Assembly (NCBI GenBank): GCA_964016885.1
Contig: OZ024740.1
Location: 32,984,001 to 33,048,000, forward strand
Direction of reading: 5' to 3'
Length of the DNA: 64,000 nucleotides
DNA from: Eledone cirrhosa
Lineage: Eukaryota
Position numbers and translations under genes: made by a program
The notes under the pieces: model-generated
What the model saw: only the letters and a program-made list of their open reading frames with translations
Told to the model about the DNA's origin: nothing
Databases searched by the model: none
In this document: positions 26,201 through 38,681 of the stretch, piece by piece
Position numbering within the stretch: the stretch's first letter is position 1
Layout of the letters: the number at the start of each line of letters is the position of its first letter

Positions 26201-27953
26201 CTGTCATGACTATATCTATATGTTTAGGTATAACATGAAGCTGTCATGACTATATTTATATGTTTAGGTGTAGCATGAAGCTGTCATGACTATATTTATA
26301 TGTTTAGGTATAACATGAAGCTGTCATGACTATATTTATATGTTTAGGTATAACATGAAGCTGTCATGACTATATTTATATGTTTAGGTATAACATGAAG
26401 CTGTCATGACTATATTTAGATATTTAGGTGCACCATGAAGCTGTCATGACTATATTTATATGTTTAGGTATAACATGAAGCAGTCATGACTATATTTATA
26501 TGTTTAGGTATAACATGAAGCAATCATGACTATATTTATATGTTTAGGTGTAGCATGAAGCTGTCATGACTATATTTATATGTTTAGGTATAACATGAAG
26601 CAGTCATGACTATATTTATATATTTAGGTATAACATGAAGCAGTCATGACTATATTTATATATTTAGGTATAACATGAAGCAGCCATGACTATATTTATA
26701 TGTTTAGGTGCAACATGAAGCTGTCATGACTATATTTATATATTTAGGTATAACATGAAGCAGTCATGACTATATTTATATGTTTAGGTGTAGCATGAAG
26801 CTGTCATGACTATATTTATATATTTAGGTATAACATGAAGCAGTCATGACTATATTTATATGTTTAGGTGGAACATGAAGCTGTCATGACTATATTTATA
26901 TGTTTAGGTGCAACATGAAGCAGTCATTGCTATATTTATATGTTTAGGTGCAACATGAAGCTGTCATGACTATATCTATATGTTTAGGTATAACATGAAG
27001 CTGTCATGACTATATTTATATGTTTAGGTGCACCATGAAGCTGTCATGACTATATCTATATGTTTAGGTATAACATGAAGCTGTCATGACTATATTTATG
27101 TATTTAGGTATAACATGAAGCAGTCATGACTATATTTATATGTTTAGGTGTAGCATGAAGCTGTCATGACTATATTTATATGTTTAGGTATAACATGAAG
27201 CTGTCATGACTATATTTATATGTTTAGGTATAACATGAAGCTGTCATGACTATATTTATATGTTTAGGTATAACATGAAGCTGTCATGACTATATTTAGA
27301 TATTTAGGTGCACCATGAAGCTGTCATGACTATATTTATATGTTTAGGTATAACATGAAGCAGTCATGACTATATTTATATGTTTAGGTATAACATGAAG
27401 CAATCATGACTATATTTATATGTTTAGGTGTAGCATGAAGCTGTCATGACTATATTTATATGTTTAGGTATAACATGAAGCTGTCATGACTATATTTATA
27501 TATTTAGGTATAACATGAAGCAGTCATGACTATATTTATATATTTAGGTATAACATGAAGCAGTCATGACTATATTTATATATTTAGGTATAACATGAAG
27601 CAGCCATGACTATATTTATATGTTTAGGTGCAACATGAAACTGTCATGACTATATTTATATATTTAGGTATAACATGAAGCAGTCATGACTATATTTATA
27701 TGTTTAGGTGTAGCATGAAGCTGTCATGACTATATTTATATATTTAGGTATAACATGAAGCAGTCATGACTATATTTATATGTTTAGGTGCAACATGAAG
27801 CTGTCATGACTATATTTATATGTTTAGGTGCAACATGAAGCAGTCATTGCTATATTTATATGTTTAGGTGCAACATGAAGCTGTCATGACTATATCTATA
27901 TGTTTAGGTATAACATGAAGCTGTCATGACTATATTTATATGTTTAGGTGCAA
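20243..27953. repeat. 40-bp minisatellite (ATGAAGCTGTCATGACTATATTTATATGTTTAGGTATAAC), about 190 copies, intronic
   Basis: Strict 40-bp periodicity with recurring variant blocks. Confidence 0.98.
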
Positions 27954-28150
27954 GTGTAGTTAGTACTACTAATGACTGCTATGGGTGTCAATAAAATAGT
28001 TCCAGTCAAGTGGAACAGATATAATCATTCGTTCCTTTCACCACCAAATGTATGGCTGTGTGTCTAAGTTAGAAATCAATATTATTAACAAAGTGATCAA
28101 AAGAGTTGAAAATTGATGATGGTACCAAGAGCGAAGAATATAATGTAAAT

Positions 28151-28315
28151 CTGGTTCCCAAAGTGGGTTCCGCAAAGGAGTATATGGGGTTCTGTGAAAT
28201 AAGTTAGAGGAGTATAGCTATATTACAACCATATAACAGTATTAGAATCTGGGGTTTGCCCCAAAGTTTCTAAACCAAAAAGGGTTCCTCGTTTGAAAAG
28301 GTCTGCGAAACCCTG
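28151..28315. mobile_element. hAT (Charlie-like) MITE
   Basis: Ends ctggttcccaaagt...tctgcgaaaccctg; 8-bp flanks atgtaaat/atgcaaat (1 mismatch) fit a hAT TSD. Confidence 0.6.
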
Positions 28316-28339
28316 ATGCAAATCATAAAAATAAATTTT

Positions 28340-28930
28340 CATCATAATTTAAAAAGTGTTTTGCTATGTTTTCATGGTTTGGATGGGTTTTCTCCAGCAC
28401 ATCACTACTGTCTTTTATCATCTCCTTCATTACTTCATAAGGTTCAGTCTTGTGAAATAAGCTTTCATTATTACTTCCTATGTCTTCTTCCACATATTCC
28501 TTTCATTTGGATGGCTTGGTACTCTTTTACTCAACTGACCCTCTCCTCAGACACCTCATGTCAACACCAGCCAAACTATGTTTGACTCCTCTTATATTTA
28601 GTTTTCTCTCTCAGCTCATTTGTGCTCCATTGGTTATGTACACACTAATATTGCATATATGGTCTAACATGCTTGACTCATTTCTTTCCCACCCTTCACA
28701 CATCCTTTGCATTCAATGCCCTTGCTTTGCTGCCATACATCACATTTTGTACAAAAACCTCATACAATCTACCTTTCACTTAGAGAGAGAGAGACTCCCT
28801 TTTTTGCCAGTAGAAGTAATAGCCTCCATCCTCACTCTGATTGTTATTCTTTTAGAACACTCTCCTCCTTTGATAATTAAGTCATCTAAGCAATAAAAAC
28901 ATCAACTATTTTAAGGGCGCCATCCAAGTA
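28340..28930 (-). mobile_element. Old, degenerate RTE 3' fragment
   Basis: Residual similarity to the YLGD...RWYGHV region and 3' tail. Confidence 0.6.
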
Positions 28931-29390
28931 TTAGAAAGATAATTTGAAGTATTTAGAAAGGATGATTCTAGTTATGGTAATCTGGATTTGCTATATAAAT
29001 TTAAAGATACACCAAATTTAGGTGAATAAGAGTTTTGAAAGTCATCAGATATTGTTTAGAGGTGAAAATAGCAGAAGAGTAGAAGAAAATAGTTAAAAAG
29101 ATGATGACTAGAAAAAAAGGACAGGCTGACAGATGTAAGCATTAATGTTAACATTAATTCACAAGAGATAACGATACAATCATTTTGGACAGGGCCTGAC
29201 ACCAATGTAATTTGATGAAATTTGGCCAATATGTTGACTCAGTAAAGATATAAAAAAAACTTCAAAATTTGACATCCAAAGATGTCACATTTCAAAATTT
29301 TACCAGAAACCACCTAATTCTGACTATTGCAATCATCTTGAAATTTCACAAACATATCAATTTCTCAATATCTGAAGTTCTTCATATTGA

Positions 29391-29747
29391 ATCATCATCA
29401 TCATCATCATCATCATCATTTCATTTTACGTCCGCTTTTTCCCTGCTTGCAAGGGTGGGACGGGAACTGATTCTGGCTTGATTTCTACAGCTGGATGCCC
29501 TTCCTAACACCAACCTCATTTACAGTGAGTGCTGGGTGCTTTTTTGTCGTGGCACCTGCACGACCACTTTGCAGTGGAATGATAGGGACTCCAGTCCCTA
29601 TCATCTCATTTCTACAGCTGAGTAAACTGGAGCAATGTGAAATAAAGTGCCTTGCTCAAGGAAACAACACATCACCTGGTCTGAGAATTGAACTCACAAC
29701 CTTTCGATTGCAAGGCCAACACTCTAACCACTAAGCCATGTGCCTCC
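29391..29747 (-). mobile_element. tRNA SINE with RTE tail (same family as 621-1006)
   Basis: Reverse complement of A/B boxes, shared body, (CAT)n tail. Confidence 0.9.
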
Positions 29748-30175
29748 ATTATATATATATATAATTGAATCATATTAAAAATTAGTACCCAACATGATTT
29801 TGGTGTGAGGAATTAAAAAATGTTATGAAAAATATCATAGGAACAACCATTTTAAAGTTATTTTGAAATAATTCATAAGGCAAGAAAATTGAAATCTTGA
29901 GAACCATCAAATTTTGATAATTTCTCTTGATGCCCTAGTTCAATTATATACTGAATAAAACGTATTTAATTGTGCTTTAATCCATGAAAAAATTGTCTTG
30001 GGTTCTCTTAAGCTTCATTTTCTATTAGGTGTCAACCATTAGATTGTGATTGTAATGTAGAATGAAAATGAGTAAGTCCTATTTTAATATATCACTAACT
30101 TTTTCTTGTTAATGCATTTACAATCATCTATTTAACCACAATAAATCAAGTAAAGTAACTTGTATAAGATCATAC

Positions 30176-30196
30176 CTGTTTTTCAACATAAATTTT
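30176..30196 (-). CDS. TARBP2: Candidate 21-nt microexon (KIYVEKQ) in the dsRBD2-dsRBD3 linker
   Basis: Pyrimidine-rich acceptor ...ccttacttaacttag, donor CAG|gtatga, phase 0/0, no stop. Confidence 0.5.
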
Positions 30197-30254
30197 CTAA
30201 GTTAAGTAAGGACTTGAAAAGGAAATTAAATTAGATGATTTATTTTCTGTTTAA

Positions 30255-30417
30255 CCCTTTAGCATTTGCATTACTCTATATTCACTATTGTATTTTTATG
30301 GTAAAGGCTGTTCCTCACATAATATCGAATCTATGAGATTTTGATATTATTTATTTTGAGAACAATACCTTAACATTGGTATGAGTGGCCAGTTCAGCTG
30401 GTTTAAATGCTAATGGG
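30255..30417. mobile_element. piggyBac-like MITE, second copy
   Basis: TTAA|CCCTTTAGCATTT...AAATGCTAATGGG|TTAA; internal match to 9235-9430. Confidence 0.85.
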
Positions 30418-30494
30418 TTAAACAGTTAACTGTAAATAAATAACTTAATTGAAAACATTTAAACTATAGCTATAAAATATACTTCTTTACTTAC

Positions 30495-30625
30495 AAGAGG
30501 AATCTCATCTTCTTCAGAATCCTCAATAACAGGAGTATTGGTGCCTTCAGCTTGAAGGCTATGGATACGCAACAGCATAGAGTGGGCAGCAGCTCGTTTA
30601 GCACTTTTCTTGGAACGTCCAGTAC
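30495..30625 (-). CDS. TARBP2: TRBP/Loqs-like exon, end of dsRBD2 ((G)TGRSKKSAKRAAAHSMLLRIHSLQAEGTNTPVIEDSEEDEIPL)
   Basis: Acceptor ttttaataag, donor CTT|gtaagt, 131 nt; GxGxSKKxAKxxAA dsRBD motif. Confidence 0.93.
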
Positions 30626-32320
30626 CTTATTAAAACAACAATAATAAATCAATCATAAGCATTATCTTAATCCGCATTGAGTAGAATATAATAAATTTAT
30701 ATTTAGATAAATAATAATTGATGGTGTTAGGAAGGGCATCCAGCTGTAGAAACGATGCTAAATACAGATTCAGCCTGTGAAGATTCGTCCAACCCTTGCT
30801 AGCAGGGAAAAGGATGTTAAATGATGATGAAGATGATCTCCATACATTATGATGCCAATCCCTATTTTATATGGTATAGAACTACTACACTTCAAAACAT
30901 ACTGTTTACAAGGATATAAACAAACAATACTGTTTGCTTTAAATGTCCATATGAAGAAGCATGCAATAAACTGATACACATATTTCTACTAAATTCCACT
31001 CCCACAGCATTGGTTAACTTGAGGCTATAGTAAAAGACACTTGCTCAAGGAGTCATGTAATGAAGAGGAGCTTGAAACTACATGGTCGCGAAAGGAACAG
31101 CCTTACCACACAGCTTTATATGAACACAGGTACAGCTGAGGTAGCTCCAAGGTTCAATCACACTACATGGTAGTTTGGAAAGGTGTCTTCTACTATAAAC
31201 TGAAGTTGATCAATACTTTACCAGGGAAATTTAATAGAAAGAGAATGTTTGGAAGGTTGTCACAGACTCTTCATTTAACATCCACTAATCTGCTAACAAG
31301 AGTGGGATGGCTTGTCACAGGCTAATTCATAATTCAGATAATTCAGGCTACTGACCTCTCAGATCGACTGGAACCTCATCTCACATACTTTCCTGCAATC
31401 TATAGAGTACACCATATATTGTATCATGGCACCAATACTATAAATGTCGTCAACCACTTTACTGAGTATACAGGGTGCAGTTTATCATGTTACCAATATG
31501 TGTATATCGTTTGTTTCTGTAATCACCGACTACTTTACAGTGTGTACCAACAGTTTGTGTTACCAACATGTGTATATCTTTTCTTTATGTACATCAGTGA
31601 ACGAGGTAAACATTGGCATATCATCAGGTAAACATTGCACTATCATCATCACTGTTTAACATCCATCTTCCATGCTAGCATGGGTTAGACAAGTTGTCTA
31701 TTCACGTTTGTATGAGTTAGACAGGTTTTCACATTCTGAGGTCAGTCACATGACCCCCAGAGATCAGAGACATATCACTACCAGAGGTTACAAAAAGGAC
31801 CAATCAATGGATTGGTCAGTTTTGTAAACCTGTAATCGACAGTCCATTGGTCTTTCCAATTGCTAATACTATCTATTGGTCGCAAATCCAGGTAGAAGGA
31901 GCAATGTGAAATAAAGCGCCTTGCTCAAGGACATAACGCATCACCCGGTCCAGGAATCAAACTCAGCCATGCGCCTTCACAAAAACTGTAATTAACAATA
32001 TTATTCTTACAAATTATGATACAAAATAAATAAATGTTCTTTATTTAATATATAGACACAGACATGGTTGTGTAGTTAACAAGGTCACATCACAACCATG
32101 TGTATGTGTGTGTATATATACATGCCATCAAACAAAGCATCTGGTTATAAAATAAATGCCTTAAAAAATTTCATCCAACCCATGCCAACATAAAAACAAT
32201 GATGATGAATAAAACTTATAACTTAAAAAGTGTTCACCTTCTTACCACCAGAGAGTGTAACCAATAAAAGGTTTCCACATTAAAAAATAAGAGATATCGG
32301 AAGAAATTAGGAAAACAAAC

Positions 32321-32490
32321 CTCTTTCTTGGAATTTGCCCAGTTTCACAGTGCAGTAAAATTCACGAGCATGAGGTGGACCCTGTGGACTATCTAAATCA
32401 TAAATAGGGGGTCGGATGAGATTTTTTTGTGCAAACTCTTGCAGTTCACCAATTGGATTTCCAGGAATACCTTCCTCTGAAACAGGTGAT
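32321..32490 (-). CDS. TARBP2: TRBP/Loqs-like exon, start of dsRBD2 (SPVSEEGIPGNPIGELQEFAQKNLIRPPIYDLDSPQGPPHAREFYCTVKLGKFQER)
   Basis: Acceptor atatttttag, donor G|gtttgt, 170 nt; NPIGxLQE and GPPHxREF motifs. Confidence 0.94.
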
Positions 32491-32596
32491 CTAAAAATAT
32501 AGAAAAATATTTTAAAATATAGAAGAAGAGATGACTGCCAAGATCCAACCCCATTCTCTTACCAAGTAGAGTGGAACTTGTCAAATTGGACCAAGG

Positions 32597-32917
32597 AAAC
32601 CATGTTTCCATTGATTTTTTTTCATTGCTGATACTATCTACTGGTTGCAACTCCTGGTAGATAGAACAACGTGAAATGAAGTGTCTTGCTCAAAAACATA
32701 GCACATCACTCGATCCAGCAATCAAACTCGCAACCTCACGAATGGCTTAGTGGTTAGAGAATTGGATTCACAATCGTGAGGTTGTAAGTTCGATTTCTGG
32801 ACCAGGTGATGCATTATGTCCTTGAGCAAGACACTTTATTTCATATTGACCTTTCTGCCAGGAGTTGAAACCAGTTGATGGTATCAGCAATTGGACAAAC
32901 CAATGGAAATATTGTTT
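32597..32917. mobile_element. Head-to-head pair of SINE copies forming an imperfect ~145-bp inverted repeat
   Basis: 32597-32741 is the approximate reverse complement of 32774-32917. Confidence 0.82.
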
Positions 32918-33242
32918 TCTAAAAAATATAAATCAAGTTAAAGAAATTAAAAATCCATTAATGCCACAAATAACCAAATAAAATTTGTTGAGATGTTTCA
33001 GTTCGTATAAATACAAACCCTCACCCAACAGACACATAACAAAACTACTCTATTATTAAATAACTCCTCAAAAGAACTTGGTTCTCTTGGAGTAGTAAAA
33101 AAACAAACGAACAACTTGAATTCATTTGACAATGAGCACTTGCTACACACCTCTCAAACACTTACTTTGACAATCTATAGTAATAAATGTGAATTACTGT
33201 GTGTGTCCACATGGTTTGGCTTCAGCAAATATACTTAAATAT

Positions 33243-33582
33243 GGAAGCCTAGGAGTGGGAAGACCCGGGATGACTTGGGATGAGGTGATAAAAGTTGACC
33301 TTGCTCAATTGTACCTCTCAAAGGCAATGACACAGGACCTAGATCTCTGGCGTTGTGCAGGATTACAGAAGACCTGACTTCCTACGAGCTGAAGCTGAAG
33401 CATATATACAGTATACCCCACCCTCCCACTGTATAGTGATCGTGTATCCAGCTATAGAAACCAAGCCAAAATTAGTTCTGTATAAGCAAGGCATGGTCAC
33501 TTGACCTAGCATTGGCCACAACAGGACAACTCATCTAACCCATGCTAGCGTGGAAGAATGGACGTAAAATGATGATGATGAT
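33243..33582 (+). mobile_element. RTE 3' fragment (family of 61392-64000) with (ATG)n tail
   Basis: GVGRPGMTWDEVIKVDLAQLYLSKAMTQD and matching 3' end. Confidence 0.82.
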
Positions 33583-33744
33583 ACTGTATTTAAGTATTTA
33601 AGTAAATAACCCATAAAACCAAATAAGTGATAAATTCATATTTTATTTTGGTTATAAACTTTTGCTACACTGTGTTCCTAGTATAGAGGCTATGCAGTAG
33701 ATGTACAGGGAAATTAGACAGTAGAAGTCGCATTGATAGACACA

Positions 33745-34328
33745 TTTTTCAAATGCAGGTGGGTTCTATAGAAGTGGTCAATAGCTTCCGGTACCTAGGA
33801 GATCAGATTAGCATGGGAGGGGGTGTTCTAAGTCCATAGTATCTAGAATAAAGATGGGTTGGAAGAAGTTTAGAGAGCTGCTTCCTCTGCTGACGAAGAA
33901 GGGTTTCTCCCTGTGTACGAAAGGCCGGTTATATGATGCCTGTGTGAGGATAAGCGACGGCTGGAGAGAAATGAGGCAAACATGCTCCGTTGGATGTGTA
34001 ATGTCAATGTGCGTGAACGACCGAGCATGGATGTGTTGAGAGAAATAGAATGTAGTGTGCAAGAGAGGAGACTGTGGTGGTATGGACATGTGATGTGCAT
34101 GGAGGATGACCGCTGGGTAAAGAAGTGCCAGGAAATGCCAGTTGAAGGAAGACGTAGATGTAGACCACGAAAAACATGGGCGGAGGTGGTGAGAGCAGAC
34201 CTCAGATCGCTGAAACTCAGTGGAGATGACGAAGGACCGTGATAAGTAGAGAGATGCTGTGCTGAATAGGACCCATCCCATCCTTGCAAGCAGGGAAAAG
34301 CGGACACAAAATGATGATGATGATGATG
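33745..34328 (+). mobile_element. Decayed RTE 3' fragment, second subfamily
   Basis: SFRYLGD, GWKKFRELLPLL, RRLWWYGHVM; tail cccttgcaagcagggaaaagcggac...(ATG)n. Confidence 0.88.
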
Positions 34329-34329
34329 A

Positions 34330-34740
34330 ACAAGGCCAACAATTTGGGAGGAGGAGGAGGAGAGTTGATTAAATCAATCCCAATGCATTACTGGTGCTCT
34401 ATTTTATCGATCCAGTAAGGATGAAAGGCAAAGCTAACCTCGGTAGGATTTGAACTCAGAAGAACGTAAAGAGATGTAACTACATGCCAGAAAGCATGTC
34501 CAATGCTCTACCAGTACTGCCAAACTACCACTCAATATGATAATAATAATAATTGTTTCTACTTTTGGCACAAGGCCAGTAATTTCCCCAGTGCATTACT
34601 GGTACTTTATTTTATCTACCTTGTAAGGATGAAAGGCAAAGTTAATCTCGGTGGGATTTTGAACTCAGAACGTAAAAGGCCATAACTCTATGCTGCAAAG
34701 CATGGTCTCTGACGCTCTACCAATACTGCCAATCCAATGA
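34330..34740 (-). mobile_element. Two tandem Nin/Deu-core-like SINEs
   Basis: aaggatgaaaggcaaag...gatttgaactcaga twice (reverse complement of the 6419 family). Confidence 0.78.
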
Positions 34741-35321
34741 TAATAACTGTTTCATTTGAAAATCAATATGGGTTCAATCCTAATTGAAGATGTGCTGGGT
34801 TGTTTCAACAATGCCTTTGCTTATTAGTGGCTCATATCCCATCTTTGTTTAAGTTGAAGGCTGGACACTATTTTGTAGACAATAAATGATGCATTAAATT
34901 AAATAAAGCTCAAAATGAAATGTCAGTGTAAGTCTGTATCATCTGCACGTGAAGAATAGAGTTATTCCTTTTCATACATTTGCATACACTGATAGATAAT
35001 TAAGAAACATATGTACACACACACACACTACTTGAAAATTAATTCTATATACAGCAAGCATGAGGAAAACAAGAAGCAAAAATAAAAGAATAGGCTATGT
35101 AGCCAGTCCTGGCAAAATAGACAACCATGCTTTTTAAGCTTATTTGACCGGTAAACCCTAAACGGACACAACTCTAGTCAGGGTCCCGGAAGATTATTTT
35201 ACCACTAAATAATAGTGTTTTAGAACCCAGGTAGTGACTACTATCTTTAACCCAGGTCGTGACTTTCTGCTAAAATTCTTAATTTCAAAAATATTTAACT
35301 CTGCTAAAATTCTTAAGCCAT

Positions 35322-35660
35322 GGAACCCAGTAAATATGTGTGTATGTAACCCAGTAGATATGTGTGAATGTAACCCAGTAGATGTGTGTGTATGTAACCC
35401 AGTAGATATGTGTGAATGTAACCCAGTAGATGTGTGTGTATGTAACCCAGTAGATGTGTGTGTATGTAACTCAGTAGATGTGTGTGTATGTAACCCAGTA
35501 TATGTGCGTGTATGTAACTCAGTAGATGTGTGTATGTAACCCAGTATATGTGTGTGTATGTAGCTCAGTAGATGTGTGTATGTAACCCAGTAGATGTGTG
35601 TGTATGTAACCCAGTAGATGTGTGTGTATGGAACCCAATAGATGTGTGTGTGTATGTAAC
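35322..35660. repeat. ~24-bp minisatellite (TGTAACCCAGTAGATGTGTGTGTA)
   Basis: Direct inspection. Confidence 0.88.
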
Positions 35661-35814
35661 TAAAGCGTTACGTACATTATGAGTGGACAAAGCACAAGCA
35701 GAAATGTAATAAGATGATTTCTAAATGATTTTAACTTGTTTTTTAACAATTGATGGTGGAAAAGATTTCAAATTGTCTTAACTGAGGCGGCAACTCATGG
35801 GGTCTGACACTCTT

Positions 35815-38630
35815 ACTAGCTACATAGCCTGGGAGTCTATTTTACTGGGACTAGCTACATAGCCTGGGAGTCTATTTTACTGGGACTAGCTACATAGCCT
35901 GGGAGTCTATTTTACTGGGACTAGCTACATAGCCTGGGAGTCTATTTTACTGGGACTAGCTACATAGCCTGGGAGTCTATTTTACTGGGACTAGCTACAT
36001 AGCCTGGGAGTCTATTTTACTGGGACTAGCTACATAGCCTGGGAGTCTATTTTACTGGGACTAGCTACATAGCCTGGGAGTCTATTTTACTGGGACTAGC
36101 TACATAGCCTGGGAGTCTATTTTACTGGGACCGGCTACATAGCCTGGGAGTCTATTTTACTGGGACTGGCTACATAGCCTGGGAGTCTATTTTACTGGGA
36201 CTAGCTACATAGCCTGGGAGTCTATTTTACTGGGACCGGCTACATAGCCTGGGAGTCTATTTTACTGGGACCGGCTACATAGCCTGGGAGTCTATTTTAC
36301 TGGGACCGGCTACATAGCCTGGGAGCCTATTTTACTGGGACCGGCTACATAGCCTGGGAGTCTATTTTACTGGGACCGGCTACATAGCCTGGGAGTCTAT
36401 TTTACTGGGACCGGCTACATAGCCTGGGAGTCTATTTTACTGGGACCGGCTACATAGCCTGGGAGTCTATTTTACTGGGACCGGCTACATAGCCTGGGAG
36501 TCTATTTTACTGGGACCGGCTACATAGCCTGGGAGTCTATTTTACTGGGACCGGCTACATAGCCTGGGAGTCTATTTTACTGGGACCGGCTACATAGCCT
36601 GGGAGTCTATTTTACTGGGACCGGCTACATAGCCTGGGAGTCTATTTTACTGGGACCGGCTACATAGCCTGGGAGTCTATTTTACTGGGACCGGCTACAT
36701 AGCCTGGGAGTCTATTTTACTGGGACCGGCTACATAGCCTGGGAGTCTATTTTACTGGGACTGGCTACATAGCCTGGGAGTCTATTTTACTGGGACCGGC
36801 TACATAGCCTGGGAGTCTATTTTACTGGGACCGGCTACATAGCCTGGGAGCCTATTTTACTGGGACCGGCTACATAGCCTGGGAGTCTATTTTACTGGGA
36901 CCGGCTACATAGCCTGGGAGTCTATTTTACTGGGACCGGCTACATAGCCTGGGAGTCTATTTTACTGGGACCGGCTACATAGCCTGGGAGCCTATTTTAC
37001 TGGGACCGGCTACATAGCCTGGGAGTCTATTTTACTGGGACCGGCTACATAGCCTGGGAGTCTATTTTACTGGGACTGGCTACATAGCCTGGGAGTCTAT
37101 TTTACTGGGACCGGCTACATAGCCTGGGAGTCTATTTTACTGGGACCGGCTACATAGCCTGGGAGTCTATTTTACTGGGACCGGCTACATAGCCTGGGAG
37201 TCTATTTTACTGGGACCGGCTACATAGCCTGGGAGTCTATTTTACTGGGACCGGCTACATAGCCTGGGAGTCTATTTTACTGGGACCGGCTACATAGCCT
37301 GGGAGTCTATTTTACTGGGACCGGCTACATAGCCTGGGAGTCTATTTTACTGGGACCGGCTACATAGCCTGGGAGTCTATTTTACTGGGACCGGCTACAT
37401 AGCCTGGGAGTCTATTTTACTGGGACCGGCTACATAGCCTGGGAGCCTATTTTACTGGGACCGGCTACATAGCCTGGGAGTCTATTTTACTGGGACCGGC
37501 TACATAGCCTGGGAGTCTATTTTACTGGGACCGGCTACATAGCCTGGGAGCCTATTTTACTGGGACCGGCTACATAGCCTGGGAGTTTATTTTACTGGGA
37601 CCGGCTACATAGCCTGGGAGCCTATTTTACTGGGACCGGCTACATAGCCTGGGAGTCTATTTTACTGGGACCGGCTACATAGCCTGGGAGCCTATTTTAC
37701 TGGGACCGGCTACATAGCCTGGGAGTCTATTTTACTGGGACCGGCTACATAGCCTGGGAGCCTATTTTACTGGGACCGGCTACATAGCCTGGGAGCCTAT
37801 TTTACTGGGACCGGCTACATAGCCTGGGAGTCTATTTTACTGGGACCGGCTACATAGCCTGGGAGTCTATTTTACTGGGACCGGCTACATAGCCTGGGAG
37901 TCTATTTTACTGGGACCGGCTACATAGCCTGAGAGCCTATTTTACTGGGACCGGCTACATAGCCTGGGAGCCTATTTTACTGGGACCGGCTACATAGCCT
38001 GGGAGTTTATTTTACTGGGACCGGCTACATAGCCTGGGAGTCTATTTTACTGGGACCAGCTACATAGCCTGGGAGTTTATTTTACTGGGACCGGCTACAT
38101 AGCCTGGGAGCCTATTTTACTGGGACCGGCTACATAGCCTGGGAGTCTATTTTACTGGGACCGGCTATATAGCCTGGGAGTTTATTTTACTGGGACCGGC
38201 TACATAGCCTGGGAGTCTATTTTACTGGGACCGGCTACATAGCCTGGGAGCCTATTTTACTGGGACCGGCTACATAGCCTGGGAGTCTATTTTACTGGGA
38301 CCGGCTACATAGCCTGGGAGTCTATTTTACTGGGACCGGCTATATAGCCTGGGAGTCTATTTTACTGGGACCGGCTACATAGCCTGGGAGCCTATTTTAC
38401 TGGGACCGGTTACATAACCTGGGAGTCTATTTTACTGGGACCGGCTACATAGCCTGGGAGCCTATTTTACTGGGACCGGCTACATAGCCTGGGAGTCTAT
38501 TTTACTAGGACCGGCTACATAGCCTGGGAGCCTATTTTACTGGGACCAGCTATATAGCCTGGGAATCTATTTTACTAGGACCGGCTATATAGCCTGGGAG
38601 TCTATTTTACTGGGACCGGCTACATAGCCT
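35815..38630. repeat. 35-bp minisatellite (TACATAGCCTGGGAGTCTATTTTACTGGGACCGGC), about 80 copies
   Basis: Strict 35-bp periodicity; one inverted copy at 35092-35122. Confidence 0.98.
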
Positions 38631-38681
38631 CTTCCAAAAATAAACCCTAATTTAATTAGAGCATCACAAAACAATTTAAAA

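Noticed and set aside
20243-27953. Repeated tttAG|GTat as recursive splice sites
   Set aside because: Motif is on the plus strand, antisense to the host gene
35815-38630. 35-bp repeats as a CRISPR array
   Set aside because: No spacers, no cas genes, eukaryotic intron
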